Shown here one piece after another: positions 48,034-56,268 of a stretch of DNA of 64,000 nucleotides. Each line of letters starts with the position of its first letter. The stretch's first letter is position 1. The notes under the pieces were generated by a model. It saw only the letters and a list, made by a program, of their open reading frames with translations, was not told where the DNA came from and searched no databases. A program made the position numbers and the translations under genes. Source of the DNA: Methanomicrobiales archaeon (GTDB lineage: Archaea; Halobacteriota; Methanomicrobia; Methanomicrobiales; JACTUA01); assembly GCA_029907705.1 (NCBI GenBank), contig JARYLJ010000001.1, forward strand, positions 14,454-78,453, given 5' to 3'.

Positions 48034-49223
48034 CTCCTGATCCGGGGGTCGCTCCTGTGGCGCTCCGCTATCTGGTCCGCGAGTGCATCCAGCGCCTTCA
48101 ACGCCTCCCTGTTCGGGTACCCCCGTACAAGCACGGGTGGAATGATCTCCCGTTCGGGCGCGCTCACGAGATCCGAGACCATCTTCGCGGTCTTCCCGCC
48201 CCACCCGTAGGATCCGATAAGGGATGCGTAACGCGCCTTCGGTTTCAGCACGCTGATCAGATATGCGGCATAGACTGCCTTCGGATGCGGTCCGAATAGG
48301 ACCGTCGGTGTGCCCAGCACAAAGGTGGCGGCACCGATGAGGGCCTTCGCCAGCTCCCCGGTGTCGGTGACGGCAAGGTTGAAGGGCTTCACCCTGATCC
48401 CCCGCTCGATCAGCGCATTCGAGAAGTGTTCGACCATCTTCTCGGTGCTCCCGTGCATGGAGACATAGGGGATGACCACGACATCCTCCAGGCTCTCCGA
48501 AACCCATTCACGATAGGCATCCATGATCACGGAAGGATCCCGCCATATCGGACCGTGGCTGGGTGCGATCGTCTCGATCTCCAGCTTCTTCAGCTGCTCC
48601 AGGTGACCCTTGATGCTCGAACGAAACGGCATCATGATCTCCGCATAATAGCGTTTCGCCGCTTCGAGGACCCCTGGCTCTTCGTCGGCATAGAGGGCGG
48701 CGGTGGCGAGGTGGGACCCGAAGAAGTCACAGGTGAAGAGCATCTTCTCCTCTTCCAGGTATGTGACCATCGTCTCCGGCCAGTGTACCCACGGCATGAG
48801 GTGGAACTTCAGTGTCAACCCCCCCAGCTCCAGTGCTTCGAGATCCTTCACCTGCATCACCCTCTCCTTATCCACGTGAAGGAGGAGGGAGAGCATTTCG
48901 GCACACTTCTCGTTCGTTACCAGCTTCGCCTCCGGATAGCGCCCGAGTATCATCGGTATGGAGCCTGCATGATCCTGCTCCGCATGGTTCACCACCACGT
49001 AGTCGAGCCTCTTCACACCTGCACGCGCGAGGTTCACCATCAGTTCGTCCACCTTCGTCGGATCGACCGTGTCCACCAGCGCCGTCTTCCCCTTACCCCT
49101 CACGAGGTAGGCATTGTAACTCGTGCCCGAGGGGAGGGGGATCAGCTCGTCGAAGAGGCGACGGCTCCAGTCGATCGATCCCACCCATTCCACGCCTTCT
49201 GCCATCTTTCTCACTGCCATCAC
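48030..49223 (-). CDS. fprA: flavodiiron protein FprA (F420H2 oxidase type)
   Basis: Metallo-beta-lactamase-like diiron motif NHAEQDHAGS plus a C-terminal flavodoxin domain. Start is GTG 49223 or ATG 49220, overlapping the rubredoxin stop. Confidence 0.9.
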   Translation of the reverse strand: MMAVRKMAEGVEWVGSIDWSRRLFDELIPLPSGTSYNAYLVRGKGKTALVDTVDPTKVDELMVNLARAGVKRLDYVVVNHAEQDHAGSIPMILGRYPEAKLVTNEKCAEMLSLLLHVDKERVMQVKDLEALELGGLTLKFHLMPWVHWPETMVTYLEEEKMLFTCDFFGSHLATAALYADEEPGVLEAAKRYYAEIMMPFRSSIKGHLEQLKKLEIETIAPSHGPIWRDPSVIMDAYREWVSESLEDVVVIPYVSMHGSTEKMVEHFSNALIERGIRVKPFNLAVTDTGELAKALIGAATFVLGTPTVLFGPHPKAVYAAYLISVLKPKARYASLIGSYGWGGKTAKMVSDLVSAPEREIIPPVLVRGYPNREALKALDALADQIAERHRSDPRIRR

Positions 49224-49384
49224 ACCACACTCCTGAAGGCACCCTTACCAGCCCCGCATACCGGGCATGACCAGTCCGTCGGAAGGTCGGCGAAGGGTAC
49301 GTTCCTCCCTATGCCCTGCGAGGGCTCCCCTGCCTTCGGATCGTACTCGTGCCCGCAGATGGAGCACCGGTAGATGCCTGCCAC
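49220..49384 (-). CDS. rubredoxin (54 aa)
   Basis: Not in the ORF track. VAGIYRCSICGHEYDPKAGEPSQGIGRNVPFADLPTDWSCPVCGAGKGAFRSVV has both CxxCG knuckles. GTG start lies 4 nt after the upstream rubredoxin stop. Confidence 0.85.
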   Translation of the reverse strand: MAGIYRCSICGHEYDPKAGEPSQGIGRNVPFADLPTDWSCPVCGAGKGAFRSVV

Positions 49385-49388
49385 CTTT

Positions 49389-49547
49389 TCACCCCTCTCT
49401 CTTCACGAACTTCGATCTCTCTGCCCTGCAGCGGGGGCACTTCCACGTGCCCGAGAGCTTCTCGAACGGCGTTCTGGGTGCGACACCCTGCGACGCGTCC
49501 CCCACCTCCGGGTTGTACACATACCCGCACACCGTACATATATACAT
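49389..49547 (-). CDS. rubredoxin (52 aa)
   Basis: Not in the ORF track. MYICTVCGYVYNPEVGDASQGVAPRTPFEKLSGTWKCPRCRAERSKFVKREG. GGAGGTGA lies upstream of the ATG. Confidence 0.85.
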   Translation of the reverse strand: MYICTVCGYVYNPEVGDASQGVAPRTPFEKLSGTWKCPRCRAERSKFVKREG

Positions 49548-49935
49548 CTCCAGCGTCTTCACCTCCTCACCATGTTAGTTCTATTGCCAGAATGACAGAT
49601 AAAGGTGAAGATGTTACGGAATCCCTGTGATGCCATTTGCGGGACGTTCGGGATCGTGGAAATGGAATCGCCTGACTGCTTCCTGCCACACGGTCGTATC
49701 CCGGCAGAATGGCGCCAGACGCACGGATCCCTTTCCCGATGAGGATCCCCGGGAATGCCCTTTATCGCATCGGTATTTCAGGACTGGAAGAAGCGCACTG
49801 CCAAATCTTTATGGGTCACGATGGTGAAGCATCACGCATGACAGAACGACCTTCGGTGTTACAATCATCGGCATCCTCTGGATCCTCGGCGGTCTGCTGG
49901 CACTCCTGGGCGGCCTTGGGATCGCTGCTCTCGGT

Positions 49936-50214
49936 GTGGTTGTGGCCGGCCCGTTCGGTGGTGCGATCGGCCTTGTCGTAGGCTTCGTATTCATCATCGT
50001 CGGTGCGATAGAGATCATTCTGGGGATTGGCTGCTTCAAGGCCTGGGGATGGGTATGGACGGCCGGGGTGATCATCACGATCGTCAGCCTCCTGATCGGA
50101 CTTCTCGAACTGCTCACCGGCGGTGCAGGAGCCATTCTCGGCATCGTCATCTCCGGAATCATCCTCTGGTATCTCTTCCAGCCGAACGTGAAGGCCTACT
50201 TCGGGAAGACCTGA
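49936..50214 (+). CDS. small polytopic membrane protein; 5' end unresolved
   Basis: 92-aa GTG-initiated ORF with 3 TM helices. The same frame stays open and TM-like back to 49828 with no start codon. T-rich terminator at about 50245. Confidence 0.6.
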   Translation: MVVAGPFGGAIGLVVGFVFIIVGAIEIILGIGCFKAWGWVWTAGVIITIVSLLIGLLELLTGGAGAILGIVISGIILWYLFQPNVKAYFGKT

Positions 50215-50438
50215 TCTTTCCCCGTACCTGCAGACCTCTCTTTCTTATTTTCCAGAATATCGAACCGCGGGTGCGTTTTCAGCATGGGAATTCAGTACAG
50301 GAAAAGACCCGCAGAACCACGGAAGACCTGGGATGCGGCTGGCTTCTTGCCGGCTTCTTTGATGGATGATGAAGGGGTCTCATCATTGTATGCACATTAT
50401 CGTGGTCACTGCCGCCCATGTTGAAAAGAACGATCGAT

Positions 50439-50903
50439 TCAGCCTTCCCTTCCTGCCATGAGTGCATCCTCACGAGCGGGTTCCCGATCCAGTGCCTTTT
50501 CTTCGCCAAACTCACCTGCATCCCCGAAGTCACGCTCCTCCAGGATGAGCCAGACATTCATCGCGTACCTCGCATGCTGCTCCAGATCCTTCAGCATGAG
50601 GATCGCCCTCGAGAAGCCCATGCATATGATGCCGAATAGGAGGCCGAAGACGAGTCCGATAATGCTGAGTGCTATCTTCGTGGAGAATGCGTAGGGTAAT
50701 ATGACCCTGCCGCTGAGCAGCACGACAGGCACCATCGATCCGAGGATGACGAAGATGACGCCCAGGATCAGGAGAACGAGGGATACGTACCTCACGAAGG
50801 TGTGCTTCTCGCCCCAGCGGTACTGCCTGTAACGCCTTGCAATGGATTCTCCCGATGACATGACGAGATCCCTCCGGTCGCTTTTCCGATATCCGTAGTC
50901 CAT
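50439..50903 (-). CDS. hypothetical membrane protein (3 TM)
   Basis: 154 aa with a hydrophobic core VSLVLLILGVIFVILGSMVPVVLL...IALSIIGLVFGLLFGIICMGF and an acidic C-terminus. Confidence 0.6.
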   Translation of the reverse strand: MDYGYRKSDRRDLVMSSGESIARRYRQYRWGEKHTFVRYVSLVLLILGVIFVILGSMVPVVLLSGRVILPYAFSTKIALSIIGLVFGLLFGIICMGFSRAILMLKDLEQHARYAMNVWLILEERDFGDAGEFGEEKALDREPAREDALMAGREG

Positions 50904-51110
50904 GTACGCATGGGTTCATCACGTTTCTCTTCGGAGCTTCTCGTATTCGGAGGGAGGGTTCGCAGGTTCGATTACAGAACAGGCGTGAACACCCTCGCAG
51001 GGCATGTGATGACGGTCACTCTGTGGTTCTTCTGCCCCCCGTGCGGCAATCACGATGGGGGAAGATCGGTGATCGATCCTCGCAAATCTTCGATCGATGC
51101 CGATAAGATC

Positions 51111-51404
51111 TCAACGCCTCTTTCCACTCTTTCCGGAGGCCCTCAGACGGGAGATCTCCTCACCTGCGTCCCTCGCTCTCAGGAGGAAGGTGCCGTGGCA
51201 GGGCTTCGTGAACGGGAAGATCAGGTCGGTCCCTTCCACGCCGATGTATATGGGGGGGACTCCGATGATGTGCACATCGAAGATCTGGTACCCCGGCTCT
51301 ACCTCGTAATGCTCCCTGCAGTGCTCCCTGACGAACTCCCGGCATTCTTTGAAGCTGGCGGCAGAGAGGAGCACTTCGCAGCGCCTCGCTTCAACGCAGC
51401 CCAT
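51111..51404 (-). CDS. methanogen-type conserved hypothetical protein (possibly DUF1894)
   Basis: ATG 51404 (MGCVEARRCEVLLSAASFKECREFVREH...). Overlaps the upstream gene by 14 nt. The family name is from memory and not verified. Confidence 0.55.
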   Translation of the reverse strand: MGCVEARRCEVLLSAASFKECREFVREHCREHYEVEPGYQIFDVHIIGVPPIYIGVEGTDLIFPFTKPCHGTFLLRARDAGEEISRLRASGKSGKRR

Positions 51405-51876
51405 GGAGCTCCTCCTCCAGCGCCTTCTCAATCTTTATTTTAAGGGGCATCGGATTGTGCGTCACCTTCGCCGCGATCACACGGCATTTGAAGGTGATCT
51501 CTGCCGCCCGCTCCTCTGCATGGCTCCCGAAGACGATCGCATATGCCTGCCCCTTTGTGAGGGCGCTGACGGTCGCTGCATACGAGACACCGGCATCGTT
51601 GTGGATGTATACAAAGGAATGCCCGTAATCCAAACGACCTTCCGCGAGCATCCCGATATATTCGTCGAGATCCATGATCCCGCTCACATAATGCCTCTCC
51701 GGATCGGCGAGATCGACCAGTGACCTCGCGGCCTTCGTCCCGGCGACGGTGCTGCGGATCCCTCTCTCCCTGAGCAGATACATCAGGTATAGCGCGATGC
51801 TCGTCTGCACGGGCACCTCTGGGCATCCGAGCAGATGGAGCGCTTCGTGGTGTTCTTCCTTCTCCGGCTCTCTCAT
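51391..51876 (-). CDS. methanogen-type conserved hypothetical protein (possibly DUF1890)
   Basis: 161 aa with an HLLGCPEVPVQTSIALYL motif. The family name is from memory and not verified. Confidence 0.6.
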   Translation of the reverse strand: MREPEKEEHHEALHLLGCPEVPVQTSIALYLMYLLRERGIRSTVAGTKAARSLVDLADPERHYVSGIMDLDEYIGMLAEGRLDYGHSFVYIHNDAGVSYAATVSALTKGQAYAIVFGSHAEERAAEITFKCRVIAAKVTHNPMPLKIKIEKALEEELHGLR

Positions 51877-51896
51877 GAGTACGATCAGCCCCTATG

Positions 51897-52649
51897 TCAC
51901 TGCCCTGCTTTTAGGGTTGCAGGATCTGGAGACCCGATCACCCGCTCCGGGTGCGAGTAGCAGGTGAAGCGATCTCCCCGGGAGAAGCAGATGAGCGTGA
52001 TGCCTGCCTTCTCTGCGGTCTCAATTCCCCGATCTGTCGTGGCCGCCTTCGAGATCACGATCGGTATACCGGCACGCGCCGCCTTCGCGACCATCCCTGC
52101 CGGCTGCCTCCCTGTGCAACCTATCGCACACCGGGAGAGATCGATCCCTCTTAGAATCGCGTAACCCACCACCTTGTCGACCGTGTTGTGCCTCCCCACG
52201 TCGCAGCGCCTCACGAGCGGTTCGCCATCCCGGAACAGGACTGCACAGTGTACCCCTCCCGTCTGCTGCCAGAGCTCGGACTCGATCTCCCTGGTGATGC
52301 GCAGGATCTCCGCAGGAGTAACGAAAGCATCGCCCCTCACCATGGGTATCTCCCTCTCCAGTTCGAGTCCGCCGGCACTCCCAATGCCGCAAACCCCGCC
52401 CGTCCGTATCGCTGCCTCCACATGGATCTCCTCGTCCTTCACCTCGATCTCCACGATCCGCTCCGTCAGCCCCTCGCAGATGACGAAGCCTGCCCCGAGC
52501 TCCTCCAGGTACTCCCCGCTCGCAACGATGCGGCAGAAGAACTGCCCGTTGATGAAGAGCCTGAATACCCGTTCCTTCACGACGAGATCCCCGATCCTGC
52601 TGAAGCGGCCTCCCCTGAACTGGATCGCCTCCACTTTTTCCATGCTCAT
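51897..52649 (-). CDS. fdhD: formate dehydrogenase accessory sulfurtransferase FdhD
   Basis: ELGAGFVICEGL, TGGVHCAVLF, DVGRHNTVDKVVG, GCTGRQPAGMVAKAARAGIPIVISKAATTD. ATG 52649 overlaps the cutA stop (ATGA). Confidence 0.9.
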   Translation of the reverse strand: MSMEKVEAIQFRGGRFSRIGDLVVKERVFRLFINGQFFCRIVASGEYLEELGAGFVICEGLTERIVEIEVKDEEIHVEAAIRTGGVCGIGSAGGLELEREIPMVRGDAFVTPAEILRITREIESELWQQTGGVHCAVLFRDGEPLVRRCDVGRHNTVDKVVGYAILRGIDLSRCAIGCTGRQPAGMVAKAARAGIPIVISKAATTDRGIETAEKAGITLICFSRGDRFTCYSHPERVIGSPDPATLKAGQ

Positions 52650-52966
52650 TTGGTCGTCTCCTCCTCCACCCACCGCAGGTACGCATCGAATCCATGCATG
52701 ATGGGGAGGACGATCGCCTCGGGTAATTCGTACGTATGCATTTCCCTGATGACCGATATCGCTTCGTTCGCCCTCTTCGGGGTGGTCTTGATGATCAGGA
52801 GATCCTCATTGTCGTGCTGCATCTCGCCCTTCCAGCGGTAGATGGATCTCACGCCTGCGATGTTCACGCATGCGGCAAGGCGCCCCTCCACCAGCGCCTC
52901 GGCGATCTTCTCCGAATACTCACGGGGCGAGGTCGAGAGGATGACGACGGCATCCGGGGGTTCCAT
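52646..52966 (-). CDS. cutA: divalent-cation tolerance protein CutA
   Basis: 106 aa, AEALVEGRLAACVNI..VRSIYRWKGE...DNEDLLIIKT...HTYELPEAIVLPI. ORF trimmed to ATG 52966. Confidence 0.85.
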   Translation of the reverse strand: MEPPDAVVILSTSPREYSEKIAEALVEGRLAACVNIAGVRSIYRWKGEMQHDNEDLLIIKTTPKRANEAISVIREMHTYELPEAIVLPIMHGFDAYLRWVEEETTK

Positions 52967-53120
52967 GGATATTGGTATGACTCTCTCCCTGAAGTAGGTT
53001 ATCTCAGGCGGTGCCGGATAAAAAACCTGTTTTTCCTTTGTCAAGGGAGGAGGTATTATTCCCCCGGTTAACAATTGTAATTGATATGCGGTGCGTTTCG
53101 CGGTCCTGCCCGGTGAGAGT

Positions 53121-53492
53121 ATGAGGATGAAGATGCCCTGTGAATACGGCGTATGGTACATTCTACCCTGCATCCGCGCCTGCCTCGTGCAGGAGATGCT
53201 GCAGCTGGGAATTCCGCAGAGCAGGGTAGCGGAGATGCTCGGTATCACCCCCGCCTCGGTCTGTCAGTACGCCTCGAAGAAACGCGGACACAAGATAGAA
53301 CTCGGGAATGATATCAGATCAGCGATTCAGAACCTCGCAATGGAGATATCGCAGGGGGAGGGGATCGACGTGATACCGAGGATATGTAACATATGCGCAT
53401 TGGTCCACAGTGATGCGGATATCCATGGTTCTTCGAACTGCATCGGGGAATGCATCGAAGAGGCAGAAAAAGTCCATAAATTAAATCTTTGA
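53121..53492 (+). CDS. small HTH transcriptional regulator with C-terminal Cys-rich segment
   Basis: HTH QSRVAEMLGITPASVCQYASKKRG and C-terminal CNICALVH...CIGEC. Start is uncertain (GTG 53091; ATG 53121, 53127 or 53133). A TATA-like GATATGCG box sits at 53084-53091. Confidence 0.65.
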   Translation: MRMKMPCEYGVWYILPCIRACLVQEMLQLGIPQSRVAEMLGITPASVCQYASKKRGHKIELGNDIRSAIQNLAMEISQGEGIDVIPRICNICALVHSDADIHGSSNCIGECIEEAEKVHKLNL

Positions 53493-53814
53493 ATACGTTT
53501 TTGCATATATTTTTTGAAGATTGCCCATCATGTGCCAGAGGCCAATACTTTACGAACGTGGATGTCCATACCTCCTGATCGCTCCAGGGGGCTACGCGGC
53601 GCTGCGCCTTCGCCGCAAGGACGCCCTCGATTGCGATCCCCCTGACTGATTAAATTGCGGAATGCTTCAATCGTATTTCGCAGGGGGACTGATTACGCAA
53701 TTACCTTTTTTTGACGATCGACGATTGTTCGCCGGCAGTCATTCGGAATTGTGTCACCTCCTGAACGGACCATCCGGGGCGGTCCGCCCCCCGAGAGGCC
53801 AAAACTGATCGTTG

Positions 53815-53823
53815 TTTATTAGG
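53815..53823 (+). promoter_or_regulatory. TATA-like box (TTTATTAGG) for dapL-lysA-rpa; leaderless geometry
   Basis: Box centre lies about 27 nt upstream of ATG 53846, and there is no RBS in between. Confidence 0.4.
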
Positions 53824-53845
53824 CGAAAGCAGAAATAGATAAGCG

Positions 53846-54994
53846 ATGTATTCGGAGCGACTGGGGGATCTGCCCCCCTACCTCTTTGCGAGGATCGACG
53901 AACTGAAGGCAGAGAAGATTCGTGCGGGCGTGGACGTGATCGATCTGGGGATCGGTGATCCGGACCTGCCGACGCCGGCCCATATCGTGGAGGCGCTCTG
54001 CGAAGCGGCGAGGGATCCGGACAACCACCATTATCCATCGTACGTCGGCATGCCCTCCTTCAGGGAAGCGGTCGCCGAATGGTACCGCCGCCGCTTCGGC
54101 GTGGATCTCGATCCTGAACGGGAGGTCATCTCCCTGATGGGCTCCAAGGATGGTATCGCCCACATACCCGAGGCGTTCGTCAACCCGGGCGATGTGGTGC
54201 TGGTCCCGGATCCGGGATACCCGGTATACAGAACCTCCACCCTGTTCGCCGAAGGGCGTGTCCATACCCTTCCACTGCTCGCGGAGAATGGCTTCCTCCC
54301 CGATCTGCAGAAGATACCTGACGGTGTGCTGAGAAGGACGAAACTCATCTTCCTCAACTATCCGAACAATCCGACCGCTGCGGTTGCCCCTGGAGAGTTC
54401 TTCCGTGAAGTGGTGGACCTCGCAGGGGACTACTCCATCGTGGTCGTCCACGACAACGCCTACTCCGAAATCGCCTTCGACGGTTATCGTGCACCCTCAT
54501 TTCTGCAGACGAAGGGGGCGATGGAGGTCGGAGTGGAGATGCACTCCCTCTCCAAGACCTACAACATGACCGGATGGCGCATCGGCATGGCCTGCGGTGA
54601 GAGCGATATCCTCGCCGGCCTCAAAAGGGTGAAGACGAATGTCGATTCAGGTGTCTTCAATGCGGTCCAGCACGCGGCGATCGCGGCTCTCCTTGGCCCG
54701 CAGGACTGCGTCCACCGCTCCTGCGAGATCTACCGGGAGAGGAGAGACCTCCTGGTGAAGGGGCTGCAGGGGCTGGGCTTCCAGTGTACAATGCCGGATG
54801 CGACCTTCTATGTCTGGCTACCCGTGAAGAACGGGATGGACTTCGCCACCCGGTTGCTAAACGAGGCAGGTATCGTCGTCACTCCCGGTATAGGCTTCGG
54901 AGAGTACGGAAGGGATTACATCCGCTTCGCCATCACGAGGTCGACCGAAAGGATACGGGAGGCGGTGGAGAGGATGGGGAGGCTTCTGGGATGA
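53846..54994 (+). CDS. dapL: LL-diaminopimelate aminotransferase (DapL-type class I aminotransferase)
   Basis: 382 aa, NYPNNPT, SLSKTYNMTGWRIG (PLP Lys). Immediately followed by, and coupled to, lysA. Confidence 0.8.
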   Translation: MYSERLGDLPPYLFARIDELKAEKIRAGVDVIDLGIGDPDLPTPAHIVEALCEAARDPDNHHYPSYVGMPSFREAVAEWYRRRFGVDLDPEREVISLMGSKDGIAHIPEAFVNPGDVVLVPDPGYPVYRTSTLFAEGRVHTLPLLAENGFLPDLQKIPDGVLRRTKLIFLNYPNNPTAAVAPGEFFREVVDLAGDYSIVVVHDNAYSEIAFDGYRAPSFLQTKGAMEVGVEMHSLSKTYNMTGWRIGMACGESDILAGLKRVKTNVDSGVFNAVQHAAIAALLGPQDCVHRSCEIYRERRDLLVKGLQGLGFQCTMPDATFYVWLPVKNGMDFATRLLNEAGIVVTPGIGFGEYGRDYIRFAITRSTERIREAVERMGRLLG

Positions 54995-56268
54995 GGCTTC
55001 CGCCGCACCTGGCCGTAAGGGATGGACGACTGCTCATCGGAAGCCACGATTGCGTTGCATTGGCAGAGCGGTTCGGCACTCCGCTCTACGTGACGGATGG
55101 AGACAGGATACTCCACAATTATGAGCGCTATGCAAACGCCCTGAAGGCGCATTACCCAAAGGTGCGCGTGCTGTACGCCGCAAAGGCGAACTCGAACCTT
55201 TCCATCCTCAGGATGCTCGCCATCGCGGGTGCGGGGGCGGACGTCTTCTCGAGCGGAGAGATCGAGCTCGCCCTGAAGGCAGGCATGAAGCCGCAGGACC
55301 TCCTCTTTAACGGGAGTTCGAAGAGCAGGCGGGACCTCGCCCTCGCCGTCGAACGCGGGGTCCGGATCTCTGTCGACTCGCTCGACGAGCTGACGCAGCT
55401 GGAGGAGATGGCCGCCTCCGCGAACAGGATGGTGAAGATCGCATTCCGCGTGAACCCCGCACTGGAGGTTCCGACACACCCGAAGATCGCGACCGGGCTT
55501 CGCACGAGCAAATTCGGGATTCCACACGAGGAGGTCGTCTCCGCCTATAGGGAGGCGATGAGGTGCCCCCACCTGGAGCCCGCAGGGATGCACTGCCACA
55601 TCGGCTCCCAGATACTGGAGATGGCGCCATTCGCCGAGGCGGCGAGGGTGATGCTCAGGCTCGCCGGGGAGCTGAAGGACATAGGCATACACCTGGAGTT
55701 CATCGATCTGGGCGGAGGACTGGGGATCCCCTACCGGAGGGAGCAGGATCCCGAGGTTGGCCCGGAGGACTATGCCTCGGCGGTGATGCCCCATTTCCTG
55801 AAGGGGATCAGGGAACTCGGCATCGAACCTGAGCTCTGGGTGGAGCCCGGACGCTTCATCGTCGCAGACTCCACTCTGCTCCTGACGAGGGTGAACTCGG
55901 TCAAACACGCCCATGCCAACTTCGCAAACGTGGATGCCGGCTTCAACCTGCTCGTGAGACCTGTCATGTACGACGCCTACCACGAGGTGATCGCGGCAGG
56001 GAAGGCAGATCAGCCCGCCACACAGGTGTGGACGATCGCAGGGCCGATATGCGAGAGCGGGGATATACTCGCGAGGGATCGGCGAATGCCCGAACTGATC
56101 GCAGGGGATCTCCTCGCGATCCTCGACGCAGGGGCCTACGGTTTCGTGATGTCCTCGCAGTACAATGCAAGGCCCAGGTGCGCGGAGGTGCTGCTCAGAG
56201 GGGACGAGGCCCGGCTCGTGAGGAGGGCCGAGACGATGGAGGACATTATCAGCACGATGGTCGTGTGA
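54991..56268 (+). CDS. lysA: diaminopimelate decarboxylase
   Basis: YAAKANSN (PLP Lys), HCHIGSQ, GGGLGIPY, EPGRFIVA, CESGD. ATG 54991 overlaps the dapL stop (ATGA). Confidence 0.92.
   Translation: MRLPPHLAVRDGRLLIGSHDCVALAERFGTPLYVTDGDRILHNYERYANALKAHYPKVRVLYAAKANSNLSILRMLAIAGAGADVFSSGEIELALKAGMKPQDLLFNGSSKSRRDLALAVERGVRISVDSLDELTQLEEMAASANRMVKIAFRVNPALEVPTHPKIATGLRTSKFGIPHEEVVSAYREAMRCPHLEPAGMHCHIGSQILEMAPFAEAARVMLRLAGELKDIGIHLEFIDLGGGLGIPYRREQDPEVGPEDYASAVMPHFLKGIRELGIEPELWVEPGRFIVADSTLLLTRVNSVKHAHANFANVDAGFNLLVRPVMYDAYHEVIAAGKADQPATQVWTIAGPICESGDILARDRRMPELIAGDLLAILDAGAYGFVMSSQYNARPRCAEVLLRGDEARLVRRAETMEDIISTMVV

Noticed and set aside
53493-53845. A bacterial-type lysine (L-box) riboswitch upstream of dapL-lysA.
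   Set aside because: No L-box core features were recognisable. In addition, dapL appears to have its own TATA box about 27 nt upstream of the ATG (leaderless), so the structured element is not part of the dapL leader.
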